Origin: Eledone cirrhosa | Lineage: Eukaryota | DNA: 64,000 nucleotides | Direction: 5' to 3' | NCBI GenBank assembly: GCA_964016885.1 | Contig: OZ024741.1 | Location: forward strand, 71,114,001 to 71,178,000 | Shown here: positions 1-12,634 of the stretch, one piece after another | How the letters are laid out: each line of letters begins with the position of its first letter | Numbering within the stretch: the stretch's first letter is position 1 | Position numbers and translations under genes: made by a program | Notes under the pieces: generated by a model | Told to the model about the DNA's origin: nothing | The model's input: the letters and a program-made list of their open reading frames with translations, nothing else | The model's database searches: none

Positions 1-389
1 AGGGGTTAAAGAATATGGCACTATATAGAAATATGAACAACAACCATAAAATGGCTAACAAAGGACAACAAATATGCCACAGCTATATAATGTTACATAG
101 AAATTTTTAGTTGTATAAAATTAAAGTATTTTTTGTTTATTTTTAAGTTCTAGAAATAATACAATATTCATTGAGTTTTCATTTTATTTATTTATTTATT
201 TATTTTTTTTTTTTTTTTACAAATTTTATCTGACCCCCAACCTCTTTTTTCTCATTAACTTTTTTTTTTTTTCCCAATTTCATGGCTGGATTTAAACATT
301 ACATTTCACATCATAAATGAGTCAAGTCGTAGACATGTTATACTTAACAAAAATTAACTTGTATGCCCAAGGGAGAATGGTAATAAAAA

Positions 390-1010
390 TAATGGTTTCT
401 AATTTAGACAAAAGGCTAGAAACTTTGGAGGTGAGGAAATTCAATTATCAAGCCCAGTACTTGACTGGTACTTTATTTTAGCAACCACAGAACGATAAAA
501 AGCAAAACTGACAGGATTTAAATTGAGAATGTTAAGAGCTGTAACTAAATACTGCAAAGCATTTTATCTGATGTTCTAACAACCTGGCCAATTAACAATA
601 GTTAAATCTTTTGCCTTTTAATATTATAAATAATGATTTCTACTTTAGGCACAAGGCCAGCAATTTTTTTTTGGGGGGGGAGTAGAAAGTTGATTAAATC
701 GACCCTAATGCAATACTGGTGCCTTAATTTATTGACCCCGTAAGGATGAAAGGCAAAGCTAACCTCAGCGGGATTTGGACTCAGAACATAAAGGGCCGTA
801 ACTCTATGCTGAAAATAATGGATAATGGTTTCTAAATTTAGGCACAAGGCATGCAACTTTCGAGGGTAGGAGAAAGTTGACTATAACAACCTTAGTACTC
901 AAAAGATGAAAGGCAAAGTTCACCTCGGAAGGAATTGGACTCAGAACAGAAAAAAGCCAGAACAAAACTGCAAAGCATTTTATTGAATGCCTTATCAATT
1001 CTGCCATTCC
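390..1010 (-). mobile_element. Cluster of three degenerate tRNA-head SINE copies
   Basis: Repeated 'ttctactttaggcacaaggccagcaat...aggatgaaaggcaaag...ggatttgaactcagaac', the reverse complement of the SINE at 25497-25722. Confidence 0.8.
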
Positions 1011-1977
1011 AGGGGATAAAGAAGGAATCTCAAGAACCAGATGAAAATTGCTTCTGCAGTGGAGAACCAAGGGTTAGAGAATCTTTGGAGAGACTTCAAA
1101 GCAAGCCACAGTGCCCTCAGCAAAGCAGATGCAGCAAAGAAGAAGACTTGTGATTCTTTTTCTGTGACTCCTCTTAAAGTTTAATACGATTCTGACAATA
1201 TGCTTGCATTTTAACATAAAAAGTTCATGCTAAAGGAAGTAACTCAGAGTAAATCTTACTAGTGGTGTTGGTGGCAGCTAGGACACTAACATTGCTACTA
1301 TGACTATGAACATTGTATATTTTGCTCAAAAAAATAACTCAATGTTGTTGAAAAAAATTTGAAATAATCATTTAAGTACATGTATTATACCAAAGTAATG
1401 ACATGGGTAGCAGAGAGGAGTTCCAGCTGGATCTCATTGAGGAGGAACAAAAGCAATTTCCGTATAGTTTAAGTAGTTAAAAATTGCCAGCATAAGGACA
1501 CCCAAGAGTCATGACCTGGATGCAGCCCAGCCCCCATAGGGTGTGAAAATTTAAGGGCTGGAACATTTGCAAGAGAGGGGATTCTTCTCTGAAGACCTTC
1601 TGCTCTCCAGCTCTTCTAAGAATTTCTTTCTACTAATAATGGCAAATATGATAATGATGTCATAATCATCAGATTCATTGTTTTTATGTCTGATTTTTCC
1701 ACGCTGGCATGAGTCACACAAGACCTTTTGAAGCAGTGTTCCTATGGCTGGATGCCCTTCCTGATACTAACCAATACTTTATAAGTATTGCGTGCATGTG
1801 CGTGCATACATACATACATACATTATAATAATAATAATGAGTATAACTGAAGTTGCAGCTGCACTATAGCAGATGAACAATCAAATTATAAGAAGCAGTC
1901 ATGAAGCACTCAATGAGAGAGTAATTGATAAATTTCTACTCAGAGTGACATATATATATTATTAAGGTCACATCAAT

Positions 1978-2033
1978 ATCCTGTTACTCTTGAGTTTCGC
2001 CTGTTTGTTTACAAGGTCATCAGTCATATGGAT
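1978..2033 (-). ncRNA. Degenerate hammerhead ribozyme, probably an old PLE-type relic
   Basis: Minus strand reads CTGATGA-ccttgtaaacaaacaggc-GAAA-ctcaagag-TA. Stem III is CTC/GAG with a GUA site; stem I is imperfect. Confidence 0.5.
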
Positions 2034-2064
2034 GGATAGATAAGTGTAATAAGCATGTATAATA

Positions 2065-2455
2065 ATTGTTTCTACTTTAGGCACAAGGCCAGCAATTACC
2101 CAGTCTGTTACTGGTACCTTATTTTATCAACCCTGTAAGGATGAAAGGCAAAGTTAACCTCAGCAGGATTTGAACTCAGACCATAAAGGGCCGTAACTCT
2201 TTGCTGACGCTCTATCGATACTGTAGGCACAAGGCTAGCAATTTGAAGGGGTGGGGCAATTCGATTAAATCGACCCCAGTGCATCACTGGTGCTTTATTT
2301 ATTGACCATAAGGATAAAAGGCAAAACTAATTTTGGCGGGAGGCACAAGTTCAGCAATTTTAGGGGTGGAGAAAGTTGATTAAATCTATCCTAGCATTTC
2401 ATTGGTATTTTGATATTTCGTCCGACCCTCTACCGATACTGCCAATCCACTGCTC
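2065..2455 (-). mobile_element. Nested/adjacent SINE copies, same family
   Basis: Three 'aggcacaagg' tails; reverse complement of the B-box (ggatttgaactc) and of the head (ctaccgatactgccaatccac). Confidence 0.8.
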
Positions 2456-3034
2456 TCTGTGGATTGTATAATAATAATAATGTCTGCTGTTTTATACTTT
2501 AATCATTTTAACGATAAAAAAAATCTTTATTTATATTTTTTTTATTTTGTTACTTTCCATTTTTTCTTTTTGATTTCACTTTTTAAAATATTTTTTGTTG
2601 ATTTTTATTTGTTTTGTTTTTTCAGCAAGGGGAAGGGGGCATTAATGTTGTTCCCCCAAAATATAAAAGCAAATTGTCAAAGATAGCAAAGGAAAAGGTT
2701 TCAGAAACACTATTAAGGCAACAACAAAGAGAACTGAGTTACAAGAGACAGGAAATCTCTTTTGTTTCTTTGTCAAAGAATAAATTCTGCCTACTGATGA
2801 TGACAATAATGATGACAATACTGATGACAATAATTATGATGATCATGATGACAATGATTTCATAGTGAGAAGCAATGTTTAACAGGAGGATTGGATGTAT
2901 AGCTAATTGCTTAGTTGGTTAGTTGAATAATTGTTAACTTGTATCCATCTCCAGGACCAGTATAATTTCAAGGTGGAGATACTCAAGCATAAAGCCCCAA
3001 TCTTCCCACTCACATACTTCTATTCACTAGCTAT

Positions 3035-3240
3035 CATGGTAGAACATCGGACAGCATACTTTAAGACACAGTGTTACACTCCTTTACAATCTGAGTTCAA
3101 ATCCTGCCAAGGTTAGCTTTGCTTATCATCCCTACGGGGGTCGATAAAATAAAGTACCAGTAATGCACTGGTGTGATTTAATCGATTTTCCCCTTCCCAA
3201 AAGTTGTTGGCCTCGTGCCTAAATCAGAAACCAATATTAT
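3035..3240 (+). mobile_element. tRNA-head SINE
   Basis: gagttcaaatcc B-box, 'cggggggtcgataaaataaagtaccag' core, 'gtgcctaaatcagaaaccaatatta' tail. Confidence 0.8.
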
Positions 3241-3549
3241 TTGGATTGGGTAATATTCAAAGGGTATATGTAAAAATAAATTGATCTGTTGTGTCACTAA
3301 ACTTCATTAGCTATTTATTTGGCCAAGCACTAGGCAGTGATTGTGTTCTTGCATTTTTATCAAGAATCCAGTCTCAAAAGGTTCTCAGTAAGATACAAGT
3401 TACAAAACCACTGCTATGTGTAAGTATGTATGTTTACGTGTGTGCATATATTTATATAAATATATACACACACGTAAACATACATGTGTGTGTATTACGT
3501 ACATACATACATACTTACACATAGCAGTATATGGTTTCGTCAGCTTGTG

Positions 3550-3602
<53 letters not shown>

Positions 3603-3861
3603 CTTAATCATCACCATAGTAAACTGGGGACTTTTTGTTGTGTCACCAACACAACCACTTTACAGTGTCAGTGGGGCACTTTTTCTCATGGCACCAAAAC
3701 AAACACTTTACAGTGTAGACTGCAGACTTACATAGGCGAGGTGCTTGGGGATTGGGGAAGTAGATCTAGAGGCATGGGTGAGGAGTGAGGTGTTAGGTCG
3801 TGTAAGGTGTATGAAAGAGGGGTCAGCATTCATCACCTCATGCCAAGTCTTCCTACTCCAT

Positions 3862-5912
3862 ATCATCATCATCATCATCATCATCGTTTAACGTCCCTGT
3901 TCCACGCTTGCATGGGTTTGGACGGGGGTTTTCCCACTTGAGGCAAGAGTGGTTGTCTTGCTCGCATAGGACTGTCTGGCGGGTTTTCTACAGTTGGATG
4001 CCCTTCCTAACACCAACCACATTTACAGTGTGGGGCTGGGAGGTTTTTACCGTGTTGCCTACATGGCCACATTACAGCGTGGACTGTCTGGCGGGTTTTC
4101 TACAGCTGGATGCCCTTCCTAACACCAACCACATTTACAGTGTGGGACTGGGACGTTTTTACCGTGTTGCCTACACGGCCACATTACAGCGTGGACTGTG
4201 TGTTTTTTTCGTGACACCTACACGATCTCATTTGTTTCGGCCTGGATTTTGTGACACCAACATAACTTTACATTGAAAGGGGCGGTGTGGTTGGGGTGGG
4301 GGTGGTGGGACGGGGGTGTATTTTGTTAGAGATGCCTACTGACTGTAGTAGGTTTTACTTTGTATTTAGGTAACGCGGGTCTTCTCTGTTACTGAGTACC
4401 GCCAAAGGTCTCGGTCCAGTGACATTGTCTTGGAGAGGTGTAAGTGTGTGAGGTCAGAATTTATCAGCTCGTCCCAGGTTTCTCTGGGTCTGCCTACTCC
4501 GTGGCTACCATCTATCTTTATTGCCCTGCACTTTGTTATACAGCTGTCGTCTTTCATGCGCATCACGTGACCATACCAACGTAGCCTTCTCTCGAGTAAA
4601 CAACATCTGATCCCTCTTATTTCTAATTTTTTCCTTAGTTCGTTTATGCTTTGCCGTTCGCGTATATTACTATTACACATCCAGCGGAGCATGCAAGCTT
4701 CGTTCCTCTCTAGTCTGCGTATATCCTCTGCACACAATGTCCAGGTCTCACTGCCATGCAACATTGCTGTTCGTATGCAGGCATCATACAACCTGCCTTT
4801 CACTTTTAGGGAGAACCCTTTAGCGGCTAATAGTGGTATAAGCTCTCTGAACTTTTTCCATCCAGTTCTGACTCTAGCTACTGTACTTTCGGAGCACCCT
4901 CCCCCACTGCTGATTTTGTCACCCAGGTAACGGAAGCTGTCCACTATTTCTATAGAACCCTCTGCGCAGTTGAAAGAGCTAGTATTTTGTGGGCACTTGC
5001 TGCTACTTATTGCACCAGAGCACCGGCCACATGTGAAATCTGTGTTCTTAGTTAGCTTACCTGTGATCCCACTACATCTTTTATGCACCCATACTTTGCA
5101 TTTGGGACATAAAATGGAGTTTCTACCTACGCCTTTCCTACACACTGAGCATGGCCATTTCCCGGAAGGGACCGGTGCCTTATTTTCTTTCCTACAAACT
5201 AGAACTTTAGTCTTAGCCATGTTAATTTTAAGGCCTTTTGATTCTAGGCCGTGCTTCCATGTTTGGAATTTCTTCTCTAGCTCGGCCATTGATTCAGCTA
5301 TGAGCGTTAGGTCATCTGCGTATAGGAGTTCCCATGGGCAGCCGGTCTTGAACTCCTCTGTTATAGCCTGAAGAGCAATAATGAATAGTAGGGGGCTAAG
5401 AACAGAGCCCTGATGGACACCAACTTTTACGTTAAACTCTTCACTATATTCGTTGTTAATTCTAACCTTGCTCACTGTTTCTTTATACATGGCTTATATA
5501 GCTCTCACAAGCCATTCGTCAACACCTAGTTTTCTAAGAGCCCACCAGATAATGGAACGGGGGACTCTGTCGAAGGCTTTCTCCAAGTCGACAAAGGCTA
5601 AGTATAGAGGTTTACTTTTAGCTAGGTACTTCTCCTGTAGTTGTCGTACAATGAAAAGAGTGTCTGTGGTACTTTTGCCTGACACAAACTCGAACTGCAT
5701 TTCATCTAGATCGATTCTCTCTCTGATTAGTTGCTCTATTACTTTTTCCGTGACCTTCATGACCTGGTCGATTAATTTAATGCCTCTATAGTTACTCCTA
5801 TCTAGGGCGTCTCCTTTACCCTTGTAACAGTTAATGATGATGCTGCTACGCCAGTCCTTCGGAACAACCCCATTTTGTATGACTTGGTTTACTATCCGGG
5901 TGACCATCATAG
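3862..5912 (-). mobile_element. 5'-truncated RTE-clade non-LTR retrotransposon (family 1, PHD-finger RT) with (GAT)n tail
   Basis: RT motifs NYRGIKL, FVDLEKAFD, GVHQGSVLSP, YADD, FRYLG, RLRWYGH. One in-frame TAA at 5494-5496 separates the two ORFs. The 3' UTR has a ~110-bp internal duplication and ends ggacgttaaac(gat)n. Confidence 0.92.
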
Positions 5913-5922
5913 CTTCCATCAA
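4366..5922 (-). pseudogene. Reverse transcriptase ORF of RTE family 1, interrupted by one stop
   Basis: ORFs 5494-5922 and 4366-5490 are in the same frame and carry the RT core motifs. Confidence 0.9.
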
Positions 5923-5929
5923 TTATGAG

Positions 5930-6066
5930 CGATAGAAACTAAGTCAGAAATAGTTCTGTGTGAGCAAGACATGGTCGCCTGACCAAACTTGCCTCAAACG
6001 AGACAACCCGTCTAACCCATGCTAGCGTGGAAAAATGGACATTAAACAGTGATGATGATGATGATA
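5930..6066 (+). mobile_element. Older RTE 3'-end fragment
   Basis: ccgtctaacccatgctagcgtggaaaaatggacattaaac followed by (gat)n, related to the family 1 3' end. Confidence 0.7.
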
Positions 6067-6235
6067 TTTATGTATTCTTTTATTGGTTTTAGTCTTTAAA
6101 CTGTAGACATGCTAGGGTACTGCCTTATATATGTGTATATGTGTTTGTGGTAATAGTAGTTATCATAGTGATGATAATGACATTGGGACCACTGAGGGTG
6201 ACATTGGCTGTGATAGTGGGGTGATGGGGTTATGA

Positions 6236-6410
6236 TAATTGTTTCTACTTTTGGCACAAGGCCAGCAATTACCCAGTGCGTTACTGGTACTTTATTTTAT
6301 CGACCCCAGTAAGGATGACAGGATTTGAACTCAGATCATAAAGGGACGTAACTATGCTGGAAAGCATGGCGTCCGACCCTCTACTGATACTGCCAATTCA
6401 CCGCCCTTCT
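6236..6410 (-). mobile_element. tRNA-head SINE
   Basis: Reverse complement of the 25497 SINE from tail to head (ctgccaattcaccgccc). Confidence 0.8.
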
Positions 6411-6419
6411 GATGAGGTT

Positions 6420-6705
6420 ATGATAATGATAGTGATGGTACATTAGTGGTAGCGGGCTCGATGGTGATGGTAATAATAATGATGGAAGTGGTGACAGTTG
6501 TGGCAATAACGATGATGATGATGGTAGTAGTTTTAAATACAGTTTTAAAAACAGATCTATGCACCAAGACTAGTTCTACTGCCACCAACACTACCACCAC
6601 TAACAACATTGCTACCACCACCAACATTACCAATACCTACACCACCACCAACAACAACAGCAACATTGCTACCAACATTACTACTAATACCACCACCACT
6701 ACAAT
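6420..6705. repeat. Low-complexity (GAT/GGT)n then (CAA/CAC)n trinucleotide tracts
   Basis: Direct reading. Confidence 0.8.
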
Positions 6706-7859
6706 CTTAAGAACTTTCTTGTAGAGGAAATACAGTCAAAAAAGAGTCAGGCAGATAGACAATGTAGGTGGGAAATTCAATGACGCACACACACACATAC
6801 ACGCACCCATATCCACCCACACAGACAGACATGCGCGCACACACACACACACAGACATACAAGACAAATTTTATCTTTTAGTGTTTGTAGTTTTTGTCAG
6901 CTAGTCATCACTACCATCACCACTTTCACCATCATCATCATTTTACATCCATTTTCCATAGGTTGGACTATTGTGCCATATTAATCATCACACACTGCCA
7001 TATTTACCATCATTCACAGCCATGTTTACCATCAATCACTGCTATATCTACCATCAATCACTGCTATATCTCACATCAACCACTACTATATCAATCATCA
7101 GTCACTGCAATTTTTCATCATTCACAACCATATTTAACATCATTCACAACCATACAACAACTAGCCTTTTGAGACCATTTTACCTACTAAAGCAGGAATT
7201 AGCCTTGTGAACCCCATATTAGGCTTCAAACTCATCATAGGGTATTTTTTAGGCAGTGTTTCACAGCTGGATGCCCTTTCTGGTGCCAACTCTTTTAGAT
7301 ATGCATTGATAGAGTATCTATTCTAAACTGGATACACACTGTATCATCATTCATCATTCATATTTCTCATTAATTCAAACACTTGCTAGCAGGAAAAGCA
7401 GATGTTAAATGACAATGATGACATCTATCATCATTCACTACCATGTGTTCATTAATCACAGCAGTATCTATCATTCACTACCATACATCATTTATCATAC
7501 CCTTATCTTTCATTGATCACAGCTGTTCCTATCATCATTCACTACGAGATATCACAATAACCACAATCTTATCAATCATTAATCACAACCATCATTCAAT
7601 AACATATGCCTCAATCACCCCCTTATCAGTCATTTATCATATCAGTCATTAATCCCATTCTTATCAATCATTACTTAAAACAATTCCTATCATCACTTAC
7701 TACCATATATCACATTAATCACAATTTTATTAGTCATTATACACAGCCATATATATCACCAATCACTACCATATGCCTCACTAATCACACTCTGGTGAGA
7801 CACTAATCATTCTTACCATATGCCTCATTAATCCCACTCTGATTATCATTCACCACCCC

Positions 7860-8205
7860 TGCACTCTAAAGTTATGTTGGTATCACAAAAAGTGATCCAG
7901 CCCGCACTGTAAAGTAGTCATGTAGGTGTCACAATAAAAAACACCCAGCCCACACTATAAAATGGTTGTGTAAGTGTCATGACAAAAAGCACCCAGTCCA
8001 CACTGTAAATGTGGTTAACATTAGGAAGGGATCCAGCTGTAGAAGTCAAGCCTGGAACAGTTCTGAACGAGCAGGATATGGTCACCTGACCCAACTTGCC
8101 TTAAATGGGACAACCCATCTAACCCACGCTAGCATGGGTTAGATGGGTTGTCTCATTTGAGGCAAGTTGGGTCAAGTGACCGTTAAACGATGATGATGAT
8201 GATGA
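7860..8205 (+). mobile_element. RTE 3'-UTR relic containing a ~100-bp fold-back palindrome
   Basis: Repeated cacactgtaaa/tgtcac motifs, 'ttaggaaggg-atccagctgtagaa', arms 8080-8130 and 8131-8181, then gttaaac(gat)n. Confidence 0.75.
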
Positions 8206-8361
8206 TTCAATATCATGTCTCATTAATCCCATTCTGATAAGTCACTATTCATAATTTTATTAATCATTAATCACAACCATTCCTATCATCATTCATTGCC
8301 AGTCTCCTTGCAAACATATTTGGCTTTAGTGCCTTCACTAACAGCTGAGCCAAATCCTTAA

Positions 8362-8572
8362 CCCTTTAGCATTTACATTACTCTATTGTATTTTCATGGT
8401 AAAGGCTTTACCTCACATAATATCTTACATAATATCGAATCTATGAGTTTTTGATATTATTTATTTTGAGAACAATACCTTAAAAACAGCATGAGTGGCT
8501 AATTATGGCTGGTTTGAACAGAAAGAGATGAGAGAATTATGGCTGGATACAGCCAGTTTAAATGCTAAAGGG
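8362..8572. mobile_element. piggyBac-like MITE
   Basis: TTAA|CCCTTTAGCATTTA ... TAAATGCTAAAGGG|TCAA terminal inverted repeats; homologous copy at 38302-38509. Confidence 0.75.
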
Positions 8573-9086
8573 TCAAACTTTTGTGTTCAGCAGAGTTGTG
8601 GGCTGGTGATTATCAATAATGTCCTTAATGTTCTCTTTTGTTTATGTGCATCTCCAACAGGGCCTACACTAGTGAAGCTGATCAATGATATAATAATGTA
8701 AACCCAATTGCCATATTATAGATATAAAAACAATCTCATCATTTGTATGATAATGATATTAAAGCCATTTTATTATCTATATGGCCATTGGATTTTATAA
8801 GACACACACATACACCAGTAATATATATATGTGTGTGTTTGTGTGTGTGCGTGTGTGTGAGTGTGTATAAATTACACATGTACACACAAAATGAATAAAT
8901 ATACAATATAAATATACAATTTAAAAAAAAAAAAAATAATAATTAAACTGAAGCCTGACATTGCATGGAGTGAATGTGAGAGAGGGAACGAGAAAGAGTG
9001 TGTATGTGAAAGCACCAGAAAGAGAGTGAAGGGTTGAGAGTAACTGTTAAAGACAGAGTGTGTTTGAGAACCAGAAAGAGAGTGCA

Positions 9087-9119
<33 letters not shown>

Positions 9120-9481
9120 ATCAAGTAGGATGAGGTAATGAGTTCTTATAATAAAAACTGTAAGACAAGAAGAGAAAGAGGAAATGAATGAGATAAATTC
9201 TAGCTATGAGAAATAAAGAGATTCTGTTACATCAGCTATCAGTTAAGCTAAGGATGGAATCAATAGTTGGACTATAAAGACAGCAAGAGAGGACATTGAC
9301 ACAGAGAAATATATATACAATGTTGCTATATGTGCAGGTGTTTGCTTCACAACCACCATGGTTTTAGGTTCAATCTCATTATATGGTACCTTTGGAAAAT
9401 ATTTACTATAGTCTCAGGTTGACTAATGCCTATAAATGAAACTTGGTAGATGGAAATTGCGGAAATTCAATGTCTGTGTAT

Positions 9482-9790
9482 ATCATCATCATCATCATTT
9501 CCATTTAGCCTCAATTCTTCAATGCTTGCATGGGTTAGACGGGCTGTCCATGCCAGGAGGCAAGTCTGGCCAGGGTTGGCCCTGTCGCACTTTGCTCCGG
9601 TGAGGGCTTTCAATTTGGCTGGGTATTTTAAAGCTGGATGCCCTTCCTAACACCAACCACATTTACAGTATATAAATATATACAGCATCGCTTTTTTACA
9701 TCTACTTTTTCATGCTGGCATGGGTTGGTTGGGACTTTTTGAGGCGATGTTTTATACGCTGATGCCCTTCCTGACTCCATCCCTTTTAAT
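9482..9790 (-). mobile_element. RTE 3'-end-derived short elements
   Basis: (atc)n tail, gcttgcatgggttagacggg and gctggatgcccttcctaacaccaaccacatttacagt shared with the RTE family 1 3' UTR. Confidence 0.7.
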
Positions 9791-11729
9791 CACTTCTTAC
9801 AACACACAGGGATATAGTGTATCTATTTTAAACCTCTAAACAAGATACACACAATGTGTGAGTGTGTGTGTTACTAGACAGACAAAGATGAACAGAAAAT
9901 AAGAGAGAGCAAGAGAGAAGAGAGAGAAACTCAATTTAAAAGAAAAATGTATTTTTTTATTTAGTACACAGCCTGTCAACAATTTCTGTCTGAGAAAAAA
10001 AGAAAAATATAGTAATATAATATAGTTACTTTGCAAAACCATCGTATAGAATCAGTCATTCAACTGCACATTACTCTGATGTTTCCACGAGATTTATATG
10101 TGTAAACAATTTTTTTTAATTTTATTTTGGACTTTCTCCATTACCATCACAGCAACCTACCCCCACATCCATCATGACTATTTTCTCCTCTTTTTTTCTG
10201 CCCCCTTCCTCTCCCAAGCTCCTATATTATCAGTGAAGCGAGATTAAACACAAAAATTTCAGACATTCACGAAGAAATCTTCTAATGCCAGTAATATGAT
10301 TTCATTTGATTGTTACTCTTCTGACAGAAAGGACTTTTTTGCCTGAACAAAGCAGTAAAAGAGTTAGTTACAAGAACACTTTTCGGTAATTTAAACGAAA
10401 ATAAAAGCATCCATTTACTACAATTTTATTGAAATAGTTTTGTTTGTTACTTTTTTGTTTCTTTCTTTCAAACAATTTTTTTCCCTCTAATTAGAGGGAA
10501 AAATTTGTTGAGGTTTTTCCTCAACCTCCATTTTTTTTTTTTTTTTTTTCTTCTCCATGAGTAATCCCCTTCCTAGTGGAGCATTGGTAGGAACTAAGGA
10601 AGCTAAAAACAGTTTGACAATTCAAAGTTATTGGCAGAAAATATTTCCCCCTCTCCACCTCCACAAAAAAATAATTTTATATAAAAATGGACAAAAATCT
10701 ATTATTTTCTAGATTTTTTTCTTTGTTTTTGTCTATAGTTTTTTTAGAGAAGGGATGATTTTTGTATTGTGCTAACCAATTCATCAAGCTGTTCATCCAA
10801 AAAGATGAAAATTTCATCTAAAATTTTCCATTCCATTTGGTTGAAAACTATTATTCATTAAGAAACATACAATTGTATATAGTTTCAACAACTATTTTTC
10901 AATTTGTCTACAACACAAATAACAGTGTTTTAATAAACTTATTGGAAATATTTCAGAACACTAAAAATTACGTCAACAATTTTACCTTATTTCAAGTTTG
11001 TGTAGATAAGTTTATATATGTGTGCATGTATGTGTTTCTGTGTGGGTATGTATATATGTGTGCACATATTTAATCTATTTGAATAGATTTTGTTTTGTTT
11101 TTTATATGCTAGAGAGAAGTCTTCAAATGACAATGGTTTCTAATTGAGGCACAAGGCTAACAATTTTTAAGGGAAAGAGTTTGTCAATTATATTGACTCC
11201 AGTACATTACTTGTACTATGTTTTATCAACATCAAAAATTTAAAAGGCAGAGTTGACATCGGTGGAATTTGAACTCAGTGCTTCTTAAAACAGTTTTCAG
11301 AAGTGTAATTGAAATACGATGAAAGGAGCCAGCGTATTTGGGCTGGTCAATTGAACTAACAGTTGATAGTGGGGGCTGGTCTATTGGACCAAGTGTTGGC
11401 AGAAGGGCTGGTTTATTGGATCAAGAGGTGATGCAAGGGGGGGCTCACAATCATATAGGTGTGAGTTCAATTCCCAGACTGGGCAGTACATTGTGTCCTT
11501 GACACTATTTCGCATTGCTCTAGTCCACTTAGCTAGTAAAAAGACATTGCATTTGTAATTCAAGGTGCAAGCTTTGTCACACACAGTATCAACCTAAATC
11601 TCCCTGAAAGCAAAACTAAGGGTGCATGCATCTGTGGAATGCTCAGTCACTTGCACGTTAATTTCATGAGCAGGCAGTTCCATTGATTGAATTAACTGGA
11701 ACACTCATCATCAAAAACAATGAAGGGCC

Positions 11730-11796
<67 letters not shown>

Positions 11797-12438
11797 TATA
11801 TATAAAGTTATAAATATATATGTGTGTGGGGGGGAGGGAGGTTGTTGAGGAAACGATGATCTGAATCCACAAGATCCCCGACCTCATGAACATGAGATGG
11901 AACTCAGATCAAACCAAGAAAATAATGTTTCCATCGATTTTTCCAATTGCTAATATAATCTATCAGTTGCAACTCCCAGCAGAAAGAGTAATAACATGAA
12001 ATAAAGAATCTTGCTCAAGGACACAATTCATTGCTCAGCTCATCAAATTCCCAACCTAAAACAATATATATATAGAAATGATGGAGGAAAGTAAAAGACA
12101 GTTATATATAAATTGAATTTATTTGGTTCGTTTCAAGAACATTATGTGAATGTAATTGATTTGGAGTGCAGGGTGACAGGTAAGCTATAATGAGAGGTAA
12201 ATATAGATAGTTGTAGTTAGCAGCAATTTGGGGGAAATGTTTCAGGTTATTCAAGGTGAGTCTAATGGGGTGAAAAAAACAAAAATAAAAATTCACTAAC
12301 CAAAAATGTTTAAACGAATCCCATAATTTAACAAGTTATTTTAAATTATGTGGCATACACACACACACACACACACACATACACACACACACGGAAAAAC
12401 AGTTGTAAAAAGGATGATGATGGTCATCAGATACACAT

Positions 12439-12503
<65 letters not shown>

Positions 12504-12577
12504 TTAAAGTTTTCTCATATATGTTTTTCTAGATAGACATACATTGAATTTAACTGAAGTTTTCTCATATATGCTTT

Positions 12578-12634
<57 letters not shown>

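Noticed and set aside
935-1153. 72-aa ORF
   Set aside because: Starts within a SINE and shows no recognisable domain
4646-5791. Plus-strand ORFs over the RTE copies (also at 17.7-18.5 and 58.8-61.8 kb)
   Set aside because: Antisense shadows of the RT coding frames
6405-6425. Isolated CTGATGA words (also near 2794, 14738, 27907)
   Set aside because: No stem II/GAAA/UH arrangement follows
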